This document shows positions 1 through 9,544 of a stretch of 64,000 nucleotides of DNA, one piece after another. The stretch covers positions 1 through 64,000 of the forward strand of contig CAWAWS010000033.1 in assembly GCA_963785725.1 (NCBI GenBank), read 5' to 3'. This DNA comes from an uncultured delta proteobacterium (GTDB lineage Bacteria > Myxococcota_A > Polyangia > Palsa-1104). Below the pieces are notes generated by a model. The model worked only from the letters and a program-made list of their open reading frames with translations. It was not told the DNA's origin and searched no databases. Every line of letters begins with the position of its first letter. The stretch's first letter is position 1. The translations under genes were made by a program, and so were the position numbers.

Positions 1-1524
1 GCCGTTCTGACCGACGAAGGGATTCTGCACGGTGATCGCGCCGGCAAAGTTACGACCCTGGTTACCGGGGTTGCCGCCGAGGTAGTTCGAGTACAGGTGG
101 CGGTCGTAGGTGCCGCCGGCCGGATGCGTGCCGTAGTCGACGAACTTCCCGGCAGTCGAGTCGAGGGCGAGGACCTTGATGTCGGCCGGAGCGCCGCCGC
201 CGCCGTTCTGCGAGCCCTGGAGGAAGGACATCGCGGGCAGCGTCTTGGTGCCGTCCTGCACCATCGTGAACGCCTCGGTCAAGTGCGTCGCGTCGATACC
301 GAGCATCATGTTGGTCACGTCGGTCATCGGAACGACCCAGGTCAGGCCGGTCTTGGTCGCCTGCGCAACGCCGAGGTTCATCTGCAGATAGCGGCCGCCC
401 TTGCGGTCGTTGGTGTTGTTACCGCGGAGGTCCGAGGTCTGGATGAAGAGCGTGTTGCTGCGGCTGACGCTGCCGTCGGCGTTCTCGGTGAGGATGCGCG
501 ACGAGTTGGCGCGCACCGAGTACGTACGCACGCCCTGCACCGACTTCTGGCCGTCGATCATCTTCTTCCACAAGAGGCGCGTGTTGGCGTTTTCGCCCTT
601 GGCGCCCGTCGGCGACAGGTCGATGGCGCCCACCCACGTGCCGTCGCGCTGGGGCTGGTCGTTGCCGGCCGTCCAGGTGCAGATGGCCGTGTTCGTATCG
701 GCGTCGCTGACGGAGCAACGGCCGCGCGTGCGCTCCTCGTTCGGCTCCACGTCGACGTCGAAGTTCTTGGTGATCTGGAACGCCGCTCCGTTATTGACGG
801 ACTTGACGTTGACGCTGTTGACCCAGCCGTCGTCCTTGCCGTTGCCGTTGCAGCCGGCCCACAAGACGACGTCGGTGCTACCGTTGGCGTCGGCGTAGAC
901 TTCGCCCGGACCTTCGCCCGACTGGTGCATGTCGCAGTCGTCGTTGGTCTTGGCCATGATCTGGACTTGCGTCTGGACCTTGCCCGTCGAGTCCTGCACC
1001 GGCACCTGGTTGCAGCTGGCGTCGAGGACCTTGGCCCAACGAACGGTGTTGTTGGTGCCTTGCGGACGGTAGTTGAACATCAAGAGCATGTTCTTGCCGC
1101 CGTTGACCGGGATGATCTCGGGCTTATTGGCGTTGCGATAATCTTGGCCGGTGTTGGAGGTGACGAACTGGCCGGCGCCGGTCGACACCGCGCCGACCGA
1201 GCCATCGGCGTTCTGCGTCAGCGTGAACGGATAGCAGGCGGCGTTCTGTCGATCCTTGGGCGCGGTGCCGTTGAGCGACGCCGACTGCATCTGCACGAAG
1301 AGCCCCGTCTTGCCGTCACCGAACAGCTTGACCACGGCCTGCTCGTTCGACTCTTCGTAGCGAGTCTTTTGCAGACGACCGTTTTGGACGCGGGCGATGT
1401 CTTTGGGATCCGAGGCGGCAACCTTGAACGTCTGCGGCTGCCAGCCGGTCTCGGCGCGCGCGACCCCAGCTCCGAGGAGCGAGAGGTTTGCGGCAATCAT
1501 CATTGCTAGCGTGGTCTTCTTCAT
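1..1524 (-). CDS. Secreted hypothetical protein, >508 aa, runs off the left edge (absent from the ORF track)
   Basis: Hand translation from ATG at 1524 (MKKTTLAMMIAANLSLLGAGVARA-ETGWQPQ...) stays open to position 1. It has a signal peptide, a GAGG RBS and GC3-biased codons. The + strand ORF 97..1509 is its antisense shadow. Confidence 0.85.
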   Translation of the reverse strand, partial: MKKTTLAMMIAANLSLLGAGVARAETGWQPQTFKVAASDPKDIARVQNGRLQKTRYEESNEQAVVKLFGDGKTGLFVQMQSASLNGTAPKDRQNAACYPFTLTQNADGSVGAVSTGAGQFVTSNTGQDYRNANKPEIIPVNGGKNMLLMFNYRPQGTNNTVRWAKVLDASCNQVPVQDSTGKVQTQVQIMAKTNDDCDMHQSGEGPGEVYADANGSTDVVLWAGCNGNGKDDGWVNSVNVKSVNNGAAFQITKNFDVDVEPNEERTRGRCSVSDADTNTAICTWTAGNDQPQRDGTWVGAIDLSPTGAKGENANTRLLWKKMIDGQKSVQGVRTYSVRANSSRILTENADGSVSRSNTLFIQTSDLRGNNTNDRKGGRYLQMNLGVAQATKTGLTWVVPMTDVTNMMLGIDATHLTEAFTMVQDGTKTLPAMSFLQGSQNGGGGAPADIKVLALDSTAGKFVDYGTHPAGGTYDRHLYSNYLGGNPGNQGRNFAGAITVQNPFVGQNG

Positions 1525-1595
1525 TGGTTCCTCGTTTGTCCTTTTCGCCTCTCCCCCGCTAAGAGAGACGTCATTTTTCTTGTGTCTCGCCCTAG

Positions 1596-1611
1596 TGCAG
1601 CCGCGATGCCA
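1596..1611 (-). promoter_or_regulatory. Putative sigma54 -24/-12 promoter
   Basis: TGGCATCGCGGCTGCA (GG-N10-GC) upstream of the CDS starting at 1524. Confidence 0.5.
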
Positions 1612-1639
1612 CCAGTGGGCATACGTAGATTCGGGCAGA

Positions 1640-1896
1640 TCGGTAGGCCTACGGATCGATTTCCGGGGCCTTCACTCTCCACCTCGCCGGGGAAATCCTC
1701 AGCGAGGAGACAGTCGAGCTGCGCTGCGTAGTGGGCAAAGCCACGGTGTGATTACGGAACCTGTCAACGGCCGTTGACTGCGCACACTCCAAGAATCGAA
1801 TCGGAATGACTGTAATTGGCTTCGTGAAACCGCAATTGAATGCAGTTTTGAAGATTGGAGATTGGACGCGAAAGCGCTCCGTCACGCTACGGAGCG
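1640..1896. promoter_or_regulatory. Three TCCGTA-N4-TACGGA-like operator palindromes
   Basis: TCGGTAGGCCTACGGA at 1640-1655, ACGGTGTGATTACGGA at 1743-1758, CGCTCCGTCACGCTACGGAGCG at 1875-1896. Confidence 0.55.
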
Positions 1897-1991
1897 TCCG
1901 CCGCATTCGAGCTTGGTTTGTGATTGATTCGATCGTGCGCGAGCGATTGAAGCGGATGGCGGCAGGCTGATTGAGCGAGCTCTAATAGAGA

Positions 1992-3089
1992 TTAGTCGCG
2001 CTCCTCGGGCCGGATATGCGGCGTTTCGTCGTCGGTGAGATGGTGCGAGTGCACGGCGACCGCTTGCGCGTTGAACTTCTCGCCGCCGATCGCCACTTCA
2101 TTGACGTGTCGATCGCCCATGGCCACTGTCGCGCGCTCGAGCTCCGCGCGCGTCAGCCGGCGTTTCCACTCTTCGTCGGCGATGATGACGCCGTCGACCA
2201 GCTTCGACGTGTCGACGCCGCGGCTCTCGAGCAGCGGCAGGAGCGCGTAGCGCGCGAGCCCGTGCTCGCCAATCTCCACCGGCTTCAGCGCACGCAGCAC
2301 CACCTGTTTGACCTGCACGGCCAGATGGTCGTCAGCATAAATACGGATGCCGCCGCGGATGGGCTCGCCGAAGTAAGCGACGCCGTCCACCGGTTTGCCG
2401 TCGAGCACCAAGCCTTCGCCGGGCACGAGCTCGGGCGGCTTCTTGTCTACGTAGACCATGACCGCCGCGATCTTGTCGGGCATGTAGTGGTTGCCGAAGT
2501 TGGGCGGGACGACGGGGATCGCTTTACCGCCGATGACGCTGCCGAAGCGGAACATGAAGTTTTGCCCGTTCTTCGAGCGCAGCTCGGCGCCGGAAGCGAT
2601 GATGACCTCGCTCAGCTTCGGGCCCATCAAATGGATCTGATTGATGTGCGCGACGTCGACTCCGTAAGCGCGCAGCAGATCGATGAAGCGATAGCGACGC
2701 GATTTGACGATGACGTAACCGGGGCTGTGACTGCCGGGCTCGATCTCCGCCGAGTGCTTCTCTTCGACCCACACCGGCTCGAGTCGCGCCGGCAGCTCGC
2801 CGAAGCCGAGCACGCCGACCGGTTTGCCGTCGACGTACACGGTCGTGTCCTTCCACTTGTTGTTGCCGTTCTGATGTCGGCCGCCGCCACCCGCGTTGCT
2901 GTTGCTGCCGTCGTCGTCGTCGCCGGTGAGCGTGCGCGCGGCGGCCGCCTCGGCCGCGCGGCCGGCGCCCCATTGAGTCGACGCTTGCGCCTGACCGATG
3001 ATCTGACGGTCGCGGCGCTCGCAGCCCGTAGTCACCGCAATGCCGACGAACGGAACGAGCGCCATACAGTAGAGGAGCCGGTCACGCAT
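1992..3089 (-). CDS. Hypothetical lipoprotein
   Basis: Lipobox-like IAVTTGC after a hydrophobic stretch, globular body and typical codon usage. Start could be 3107. Confidence 0.75.
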   Translation of the reverse strand: MRDRLLYCMALVPFVGIAVTTGCERRDRQIIGQAQASTQWGAGRAAEAAAARTLTGDDDDGSNSNAGGGGRHQNGNNKWKDTTVYVDGKPVGVLGFGELPARLEPVWVEEKHSAEIEPGSHSPGYVIVKSRRYRFIDLLRAYGVDVAHINQIHLMGPKLSEVIIASGAELRSKNGQNFMFRFGSVIGGKAIPVVPPNFGNHYMPDKIAAVMVYVDKKPPELVPGEGLVLDGKPVDGVAYFGEPIRGGIRIYADDHLAVQVKQVVLRALKPVEIGEHGLARYALLPLLESRGVDTSKLVDGVIIADEEWKRRLTRAELERATVAMGDRHVNEVAIGGEKFNAQAVAVHSHHLTDDETPHIRPEERD

Positions 3090-3248
3090 GCGCGCCTGCC
3101 AGTGCATCGGCCGTTCCAGCGGGTGGAGGCCATGTCAAGCATCGTTGGCAGCGCGAAGCTGGGGGAATAGGCTCCGAACTGGGGAGCCACGACTCAGTAG
3201 GGACCGCAATGACGTCCACAAGTGTTGAAACTGTTTTGAATTCACTAC

Positions 3249-3264
3249 TGGCACGATGATCGCT
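3249..3264 (+). promoter_or_regulatory. Putative sigma54 promoter
   Basis: TGGCACGATGATCGCT (GG-N10-GC) just upstream of the ATG at 3278. Confidence 0.5.
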
Positions 3265-3277
3265 TTACACGGACGCC

Positions 3278-3886
3278 ATGAACCGAAGAATGGCTCCGTT
3301 GGTCTTGGTCCTTGGCTTGACGGTCGCCAGTGCGGGCTGTCTCGGCTCCGCTAAATCGGACGGTGGCGGCGGCGGCGGCGGCAGCGCCGGCGGCAGCGGC
3401 AAAGGTGGCGGTGGCGGCAGCGCCGGCGGCAGCGGCGGTGGCACCACCAGCGGCGGCGACGGCGGTATCACGCTCGGCGTCCAATTGTGCGACGCGACGT
3501 TGTCGATCGCCGGCACGTTCGTGCAGGGAGACCCGCCGCCGTCCGATCTCGGTGGCGGCTGCTGGCCCGACGGCATGTGGACCTTCACCGCGACCGTCAC
3601 CGACAACGGCGGCTGCCCGACGGCGCCGCCGATCCCGCCGCAGTTCCAGTACAAGGTCGTGCAAGACGACGACTTCAACGACACGATCACCTACCTGACC
3701 GATCCGACGAATATGTTCACGCCGAGCTCGATTTCGGGCGGCGACGGCGCGATCTGCGTCGGTGAGTTCATCATCTACAGCAGCGACGGCAAGTCGATCT
3801 TCAACCTGCGGCCGGCGTTGCAGGCGGACAACTCCCTCAACGGTGCGGGCGACTGGGCCTTGTACAACAGCGATCAACGGAACTGA
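3278..3886 (+). CDS. Gly-rich-linker lipoprotein
   Basis: Lipobox SAGC, poly-Gly linker and a beta-rich C-terminal domain. The stop overlaps the next start (TGATG). Confidence 0.8.
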   Translation: MNRRMAPLVLVLGLTVASAGCLGSAKSDGGGGGGGSAGGSGKGGGGGSAGGSGGGTTSGGDGGITLGVQLCDATLSIAGTFVQGDPPPSDLGGGCWPDGMWTFTATVTDNGGCPTAPPIPPQFQYKVVQDDDFNDTITYLTDPTNMFTPSSISGGDGAICVGEFIIYSSDGKSIFNLRPALQADNSLNGAGDWALYNSDQRN

Positions 3887-4458
3887 TGAAGGTCGCGATC
3901 CCGCTCTTCGTGCTCGTGCTCATCGGCGCGGGCTGGTGGTTGCGACACGAGGAGAGCGCGCTCGCACGGCCGGCGGCGACACCGGGACGCACGGCGCCAC
4001 TCGAGCGACCTACGCAGCAGCTCGCGATACCACGAATGACGGCGCAGCCAACGGTCGCTGCCGCCGCTCCAAGCGCCGCGCCGGAGAAGCTCGCGCTCGG
4101 CGACGAGGCGCTGCGCAAGCGGCTCGATGAGGTCATTCCCATCCGGCTCTCGGGCGAAGCGGCGCGCTGCTACAAAGGCGGCCTCGACCGCAATAAGCGC
4201 ATCGATCTCACCTATCGCCTGCACGTCGAGGACAGCCGCGTGATGGTGCACGACGTTCGCATCGGCGAGAGCACGCTCGGCGATCGCGCGCTCGAAGACT
4301 GCATTCGTCAGCGCGTGGCGAGCATGACCTGGCGCGATGACCAGCTGCCCGACATCGACGAAGAGGACAACCTCTACCTCAGCGTTCGCCAGTTCAAGTC
4401 GTTCACGGGCATCGACAGCGAGTCCACCGACGGCACCGAGCCCGGCATCGCCCGCTAA
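3886..4458 (+). CDS. Membrane-anchored protein with a possible TonB-C/AgmX-PglI-like C-terminal domain
   Basis: N-terminal TM helix, Pro/Ala linker, and an ARCY...STLGDRALEDCI pattern typical of myxobacterial TonB-C-like domains. Confidence 0.6.
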   Translation: MKVAIPLFVLVLIGAGWWLRHEESALARPAATPGRTAPLERPTQQLAIPRMTAQPTVAAAAPSAAPEKLALGDEALRKRLDEVIPIRLSGEAARCYKGGLDRNKRIDLTYRLHVEDSRVMVHDVRIGESTLGDRALEDCIRQRVASMTWRDDQLPDIDEEDNLYLSVRQFKSFTGIDSESTDGTEPGIAR

Positions 4459-4465
4459 AGGCAGC

Positions 4466-6409
4466 TCAGCGCCACACGCCTTCGATCGTCGCCGTCACCG
4501 TCGTCGGCAAAGCCGTCAATCCCGGCAGCAACAGATACTTTTGGTCGAACAAGTTATCGACGTGGATGGCGGCGCGAATGGTGTTGTTGATGCGCGCCCA
4601 GCCATAGAGGTCGAAGACGTCGTAACGCGGCAGCATCGCCTGCTGCACGAAGCGCTCGGACACCCAGCGAAAGCGCAACACGCCGCCCAGTCGTTTGCGC
4701 CACGTCGAGGCGACATAGGCGTCGATGCGATGGTTGGGAAAATTGGGAATCGCGTTGAACAGCAGCTGCGGCGAGGCGGAATAGGCGTCTTCGTAGATAT
4801 ACGTAAGCCCGGCGCCGATGATGCGGTCGCGCGCGATATCGAAGCCCGTCTCCAAGCCGCGCACGTTGACGGTGTCGAGGTTCTGATTCTGCCCCGCGGT
4901 CGGTCCCGTGCCGCCGAGGCGAATGAGGCCGTCGATGCGGCGCACGTAGCCCGAGAACCGCGCGGCGAACAGCGGATGCGGATGCACCTGCACCTGCACT
5001 TCGCCGTGCCACGTCTGCTCCGGCGTCAAATTCGGATTGCCGACGGTGTTGGTACAGATGCCGTTCGCCGTCATCCCCGGCTTGATGGCGTTGCACGTCG
5101 GATCGTAGAGCTCGCGCAGCGTCGGCAGTCGCCCTTTGCGCGCGCCGATGAGGTAGATGCCGATCGCTTTGTTCGGCTGTCCGCCGACGACCACCTTCGC
5201 CTCCGGCCACGAGCCGCCGACGTGCGTGAACGGCACGAGCCCGCCTACCGCGGCCTCGGCCGTGAGCCAGTGCCAGCGCAGCTTGCCGCCGATCGCGAGC
5301 TCGCCGTAGCTGGGGAACTCCCAGCGTCCGAGCGTGCCCGTCTGCCGAATCTGCATGCCCTCGCTGTCGACCGACAGGCGCGCCGAGAACGTCGCGTGCA
5401 CGTCGCCCGCAAAGACGAACGGCCGATCGACGTGCAGCGCTTCGCCCACGCGCCACGAGAGCAGCTGCTGCACGCTCGTCAGCGACTTGAGCGTGTAGTC
5501 CGTGTAGAAGTTCGTGTCGCGCGACAAGAGCTCGCCGTACGCGCCCAACGCGATGCGAAAGCCGCGCGACTGAAATTCGCCGCCGATGACCAGGCGCGCC
5601 CCGTCCTCGGACGTGATGTCTTGCAGCGCGTTGCCGGTGTTGTCCGACGGCGGAATGAAGAACGAGCGGTGGCCGTACCACGCGTCGGCGGTGAAGCGAC
5701 TGTCACCTTTCTGGTATTCGAGCCGCAAGGCCGTCGTCACTTGTGACTCGCGGTCATTGAAGTTGCCCGGCATCGTGTTGTTCGACGCGACGACCGGATA
5801 CGTCGGGTCGTCGAAGCGCGCGCCGGCCGACGCGCGAATGCCGAAGTTGCCCGGCAAAGGCGTGCGCCCACTGACCGCTGCTTCGCCGCCCGGTGTCGAG
5901 CTGCCGACGACGCGACCATCGATCATGCGGCTGCCGATGGCGCGCACCGTGGTCACTTCGATGATGCCACCGTCGCCGCCCGGCCCCTCCAGCGGCGACG
6001 CCGGCGCCAGCTGCACGCGGATCTCGACGATGTCGGTGATGGGAATGGCGCCCACGTCGAAGATGCCGTAGTAGGGCTCGTCGATGGGCACGCCATCGAT
6101 GAGGATGAGGATCGAGAACTGCTTGGCGCCGCGCACGTCGACGCGCGTGCCCATGCCGCCCTGGCGCACCTGCACTTCGGGGATGAGCTCCAGCGCGTCG
6201 GCCAACGACTGCGCGCCGCGCTCTTTGATCTCCTTGGCCGTCAACACGATCTGCGGCGTGTCGTCGTCGCGCCTGGGTCGCGCGTGCACGGTGCTCTGAT
6301 ATTCGCGTGGTGGCGGCGTCGTGCTGGCGCTGTCGGGCGTCTGCGCGCGCGCCACGCCGGCGCAGCTGAGGAGGCCGAGAACGATGAAGTGAGCAGCCGA
6401 GCCGCGCAT
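4466..6409 (-). CDS. TonB-dependent receptor
   Basis: Signal peptide, plug motif (LADALELIPEV...VRG...ILIDGVP), GNPNLTPEQ, and NLFDQKY near the C-terminus. Confidence 0.9.
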   Translation of the reverse strand: MRGSAAHFIVLGLLSCAGVARAQTPDSASTTPPPREYQSTVHARPRRDDDTPQIVLTAKEIKERGAQSLADALELIPEVQVRQGGMGTRVDVRGAKQFSILILIDGVPIDEPYYGIFDVGAIPITDIVEIRVQLAPASPLEGPGGDGGIIEVTTVRAIGSRMIDGRVVGSSTPGGEAAVSGRTPLPGNFGIRASAGARFDDPTYPVVASNNTMPGNFNDRESQVTTALRLEYQKGDSRFTADAWYGHRSFFIPPSDNTGNALQDITSEDGARLVIGGEFQSRGFRIALGAYGELLSRDTNFYTDYTLKSLTSVQQLLSWRVGEALHVDRPFVFAGDVHATFSARLSVDSEGMQIRQTGTLGRWEFPSYGELAIGGKLRWHWLTAEAAVGGLVPFTHVGGSWPEAKVVVGGQPNKAIGIYLIGARKGRLPTLRELYDPTCNAIKPGMTANGICTNTVGNPNLTPEQTWHGEVQVQVHPHPLFAARFSGYVRRIDGLIRLGGTGPTAGQNQNLDTVNVRGLETGFDIARDRIIGAGLTYIYEDAYSASPQLLFNAIPNFPNHRIDAYVASTWRKRLGGVLRFRWVSERFVQQAMLPRYDVFDLYGWARINNTIRAAIHVDNLFDQKYLLLPGLTALPTTVTATIEGVWR

Positions 6410-6630
6410 TGAACGACGAGCAGATGCAATGAAGTTGCCACTCGACGGCCGGCGAGCGCTCTCGACTCCGCTCGACATCGGCGACATCCGGCCCGCCTTC
6501 TCGACTGCGCGGTCAGCGGCCCGGTGGCAGCGCGGCGATAGTCGAGATTCGCCCACGCCGCATCATATACCGCCGCCCGAAAACGCAGGCCGACAATGGC
6601 CGGCTTACCCAACGATCAGCCGCCAATCGC

Positions 6631-6780
6631 TACGTGTTTCTGCGGAGCGAGCGGCTGCGTCATTCTACGCAGACGTTGCCAGCGTGGCGACCTGACACCC
6701 CAAAGCGGTGGGTACGGACCCCGCGTTCGCTCCGTAGATCTGCGGTTTGCCGGGCGTTTTGTAGTGGCGACGCGCTTGCA
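6631..6780. promoter_or_regulatory. Divergent control region: three TCCGTA-N4-TACGGA-like sites and a sigma54-like promoter
   Basis: TACGTGTTTCTGCGGA at 6631, TGCGTCATTCTACGCA at 6656, TCCGTAGATCTGCGGT at 6731. TGGCGACGCGCTTGCA (GG-N10-GC) at 6765-6780. Confidence 0.5.
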
Positions 6781-6793
6781 CTAGCGAGCCGCC

Positions 6794-7171
6794 ATGGAAA
6801 CGAGGGGCTTTCTCAGCAGCTTTGGGGTGGGATTGGCGATGTCGGTGTTGCTCGCAGCTGTCGCCGGCTGTGGCGGCACGCTCGATCCGGAGCCGGCGAT
6901 CGGCGCCGACATGGCCAAGGTCAGCAGCAACAGCAGCAGCGACGACATGGCGCAGTCGAGCAGCGCGAGCGGCGGCGATATGTCGCTCTTGCCGCTCTTC
7001 GCCGCGTGCACCGAGAACGCGCAGTGCGCCAGCATGCTGTGCTCGCAAGCGAGCTACGATCGCTCGCCGACGCCGCTGTGCACGTACGCGTGCGATCCGA
7101 CGACCGACACCAATCCGCTCTGTCCCGACGGCTGCAATCCCAAGTTCTTTTGCAAGATGCCGAGCAACTGA
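6794..7171 (+). CDS. Small 8-Cys lipoprotein
   Basis: Lipobox VAGC, Ser-rich linker, C-terminal 8-Cys module ending CNPKFFCK. Confidence 0.8.
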   Translation: METRGFLSSFGVGLAMSVLLAAVAGCGGTLDPEPAIGADMAKVSSNSSSDDMAQSSSASGGDMSLLPLFAACTENAQCASMLCSQASYDRSPTPLCTYACDPTTDTNPLCPDGCNPKFFCKMPSN

Positions 7172-7460
7172 GCGAGTCCGCTTTACCGCCGCGACGGGGA
7201 TCGCGGCAGCCGAGCGGGCGTCAAACCATGCGACTCCAACGCAATCGCCAGCGCCCGAATTCGCTGCTCGCCCACGATGAGCTCGCGCTCGTGCTGGTCA
7301 TGCGTCGCCAACGTCGGCTGCCCGAGCTCGCCGCCGGTCGGCTCGCGCAGACTGACGGCGGACGGCGGTCGTCACGGATTGTCACCCCGTCGACGATGAC
7401 GTATGCTCACGCCGTGCGATTCATGTCCGCGCTGGCAGGTCGCAGCCCGATGGTGAGCCA

Positions 7461-8708
7461 ATGAGCGAGAACGGGCGAACGCCAAAGACGATCGACCCGC
7501 GCTTGCGCGTGCTCTTCTTGATCGTCGTCGCCGTCGGCATCTTCCTCTTGCCCAAGATGTGGATGGTCGGCGTCGCGACGGTGGCGCTCGGCATCCTGTG
7601 GATCGCGGTCGGCTTGCCGCCACGCCGGCTCGCGCGCCAGGTCTACAAGCTGATCCCGTTCACGATCATGATCCTCGCCTCCTACGCGTTCACCAAAGAG
7701 GACTCGGCGGTCGATCGCTGGCAGCACATCGCGATCGGCTCGCACGACCTCGCCATCAACGTCGGCGGCGCGGCGATCGGTCTCCTCATGGTGCTGCGCG
7801 TTCTGTCGGTCGTCATCGCGTCGCAGGTCGCGCGCGCCGGCGATATGCGCGCCATCGCCCACGGCCTCGGCAAGCTCGGCCTACCGCGCATGGCCGCCGT
7901 CTCGATCGACGCGGTCCTCGCACTCCTCGGAGGAGGAGGAGGAGGAGGAGGCGGTGGCGGTGGTGGCGGCGGTGGCGGTGGCGGCGGTGGCGGCGGCGGC
8001 GGCGGTCATGGCCGCGGGCAGAAGTCGTTCACCGGCTTTTGGACCTCGCTCAAGCAGCTCGCGCGCGGCGACGTGCAGCCCATCGTCAATCGCTTGCAGC
8101 GACAGATTTCGCGCGCCGAGGAGCACATCGCCGGCGGCGGCTTGGCCGATGAGCGCGGTCGCCAGGTCGCGCGCGACGTCGCCGTCATCACCGGCGTGGC
8201 GCTGACGATGCTCGGCATCAAGGCGCTCAAGGTGCTGCCCGGCATCCCGTTCGCGCCCGGCTACAAAGTAGTTCTACTGACGCCGCTCTACATCGTCGCG
8301 GCGCTGCTGACGCGCACGCGCTTCGGCGCGACCATCACCGGCTTCGCCATGGGCACCGTCGCGTTCCTGCTCGGCGACGGCAAATACGGCGTCTTCGAGA
8401 TCGCCAAGCACGTCGCGCCCGGCCTCATCGCCGACTTGATCGTGCCCATCGTGACACGCGGCGAGCGCATGCCCGGCGGCATCGGCTGGTCCTTGATCGG
8501 CGCCGTCATTGCGATCGGCCGCTTTGCGACCATCCTTGTCATCACCGCCGTCGTCGCCGCCCCGCGCGTCGCCTACGCCATTCTGATTCCCGGCCTCGTC
8601 GTCCACGTGACGTTCGGCGCCGCTTCCGGCTACGTCAGCTATCACCTCGTCAAGGCAGTCGCTCGTCTGCGCGAGGAATACAAAATGAGCGATGAGGAGC
8701 TCGCATGA
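7461..8708 (+). CDS. ECF transporter T-component (CbiQ/EcfT-like) with a poly-Gly insert, fused to an S-component-like membrane domain
   Basis: N-terminal IDPRLR and TM helices like EcfT, an ARG motif (QLARGD), and a C-terminal multi-TM domain (TRFGATITGF...PGLIADL). The stop overlaps the mosA start (ATGA). Confidence 0.65.
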   Translation: MSENGRTPKTIDPRLRVLFLIVVAVGIFLLPKMWMVGVATVALGILWIAVGLPPRRLARQVYKLIPFTIMILASYAFTKEDSAVDRWQHIAIGSHDLAINVGGAAIGLLMVLRVLSVVIASQVARAGDMRAIAHGLGKLGLPRMAAVSIDAVLALLGGGGGGGGGGGGGGGGGGGGGGGGGGHGRGQKSFTGFWTSLKQLARGDVQPIVNRLQRQISRAEEHIAGGGLADERGRQVARDVAVITGVALTMLGIKALKVLPGIPFAPGYKVVLLTPLYIVAALLTRTRFGATITGFAMGTVAFLLGDGKYGVFEIAKHVAPGLIADLIVPIVTRGERMPGGIGWSLIGAVIAIGRFATILVITAVVAAPRVAYAILIPGLVVHVTFGAASGYVSYHLVKAVARLREEYKMSDEELA

Positions 8709-9544
8709 GCAAGTTGATGCAGGGGGACGGGCGAACGCACATCGATTCGCCGTTGATGCGCGAGTCGCTCGTCGATCGCCGCGTGATCGCCAAGACGCAC
8801 TCGGAGCGCGAGTTCGAGGTGCTGCCGGACGTCATGCTGGTCAGCATCGGCGGCCAGTCGATCTTCGATCGCGGCAGGGAGGCCATTCTTCCCGTCGCTG
8901 ACGAGCTGGCGGCGGCGCGTGGCAAGGTCAAGATGATCGTCGGCGTCGGCGGCGGCACGCGCGTACGTCACACGATCTCGATCGCGCTCGACCTCGGCTT
9001 GCCGACGGGCGGCGTCGCGCAGCTGGTGGGCGCGATGGAAGAGGCGAACGCCGTGCTGCTCAACGCGCTGCTCGCCAAGAAGCGCTCGATGGTCATGCAG
9101 CGCGAGCACTTCTGGGAGCTGCCGCTCTATCTCGAGAACGGCATGCTGCCGATCGTCATCTCGGTGCCGCCCTATCACTTTTGGGAGCCGCCGTCGGAGC
9201 TCGGACCGCTGCCGACCCACGGCTCGGACTTCGGCCTCTTCATCCTCGCCGAAGTGTTGGGCATGAAGAAGGTCATCTTCGTCAAAGACGTCGACGGCCT
9301 TTACGAGAGCGATCCCAAGCTGCATCCGGACGCGAAGATCATCAAGAAGACGACGCTGGCGGCGCTCTATCCGCACTTGCCGGCGGAGCTGCCCATCGAT
9401 CGTCAGCTGTTCGACGCGTGGCGGACGGCGCGGCACGTCGAGCGCATTCAGATCGTCAACGGCCTCATTCCGGGCGAGCTGACGCGCGCGTTGGCCGGCG
9501 AAGAAGTCGGAACCGTCATCGATCGAGGTGAGACCCATGCATGA
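8705..9544 (+). CDS. mosA: Molybdenum storage protein alpha-like subunit (amino-acid kinase/UMP kinase fold)
   Basis: HIDSPLMRESL, IGGQSIFDRG, PPYH, KDVDGLY, ARHVERIQIVNGLIPG and GEEVGTVI resemble Azotobacter MosA as I recall it. Confidence 0.8.
   Translation: MSKLMQGDGRTHIDSPLMRESLVDRRVIAKTHSEREFEVLPDVMLVSIGGQSIFDRGREAILPVADELAAARGKVKMIVGVGGGTRVRHTISIALDLGLPTGGVAQLVGAMEEANAVLLNALLAKKRSMVMQREHFWELPLYLENGMLPIVISVPPYHFWEPPSELGPLPTHGSDFGLFILAEVLGMKKVIFVKDVDGLYESDPKLHPDAKIIKKTTLAALYPHLPAELPIDRQLFDAWRTARHVERIQIVNGLIPGELTRALAGEEVGTVIDRGETHA

Noticed and set aside
97..1509. 470-aa plus-strand ORF and other long Arg/Ala-rich overlapping ORFs (e.g. 35562..38120, 55795..58944)
   Set aside because: Antisense or alternative-frame shadows of real GC-rich genes.
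7929..8006. GGN triplet run as a non-coding microsatellite
   Set aside because: It is in frame and encodes a poly-Gly linker in the ECF-like protein.
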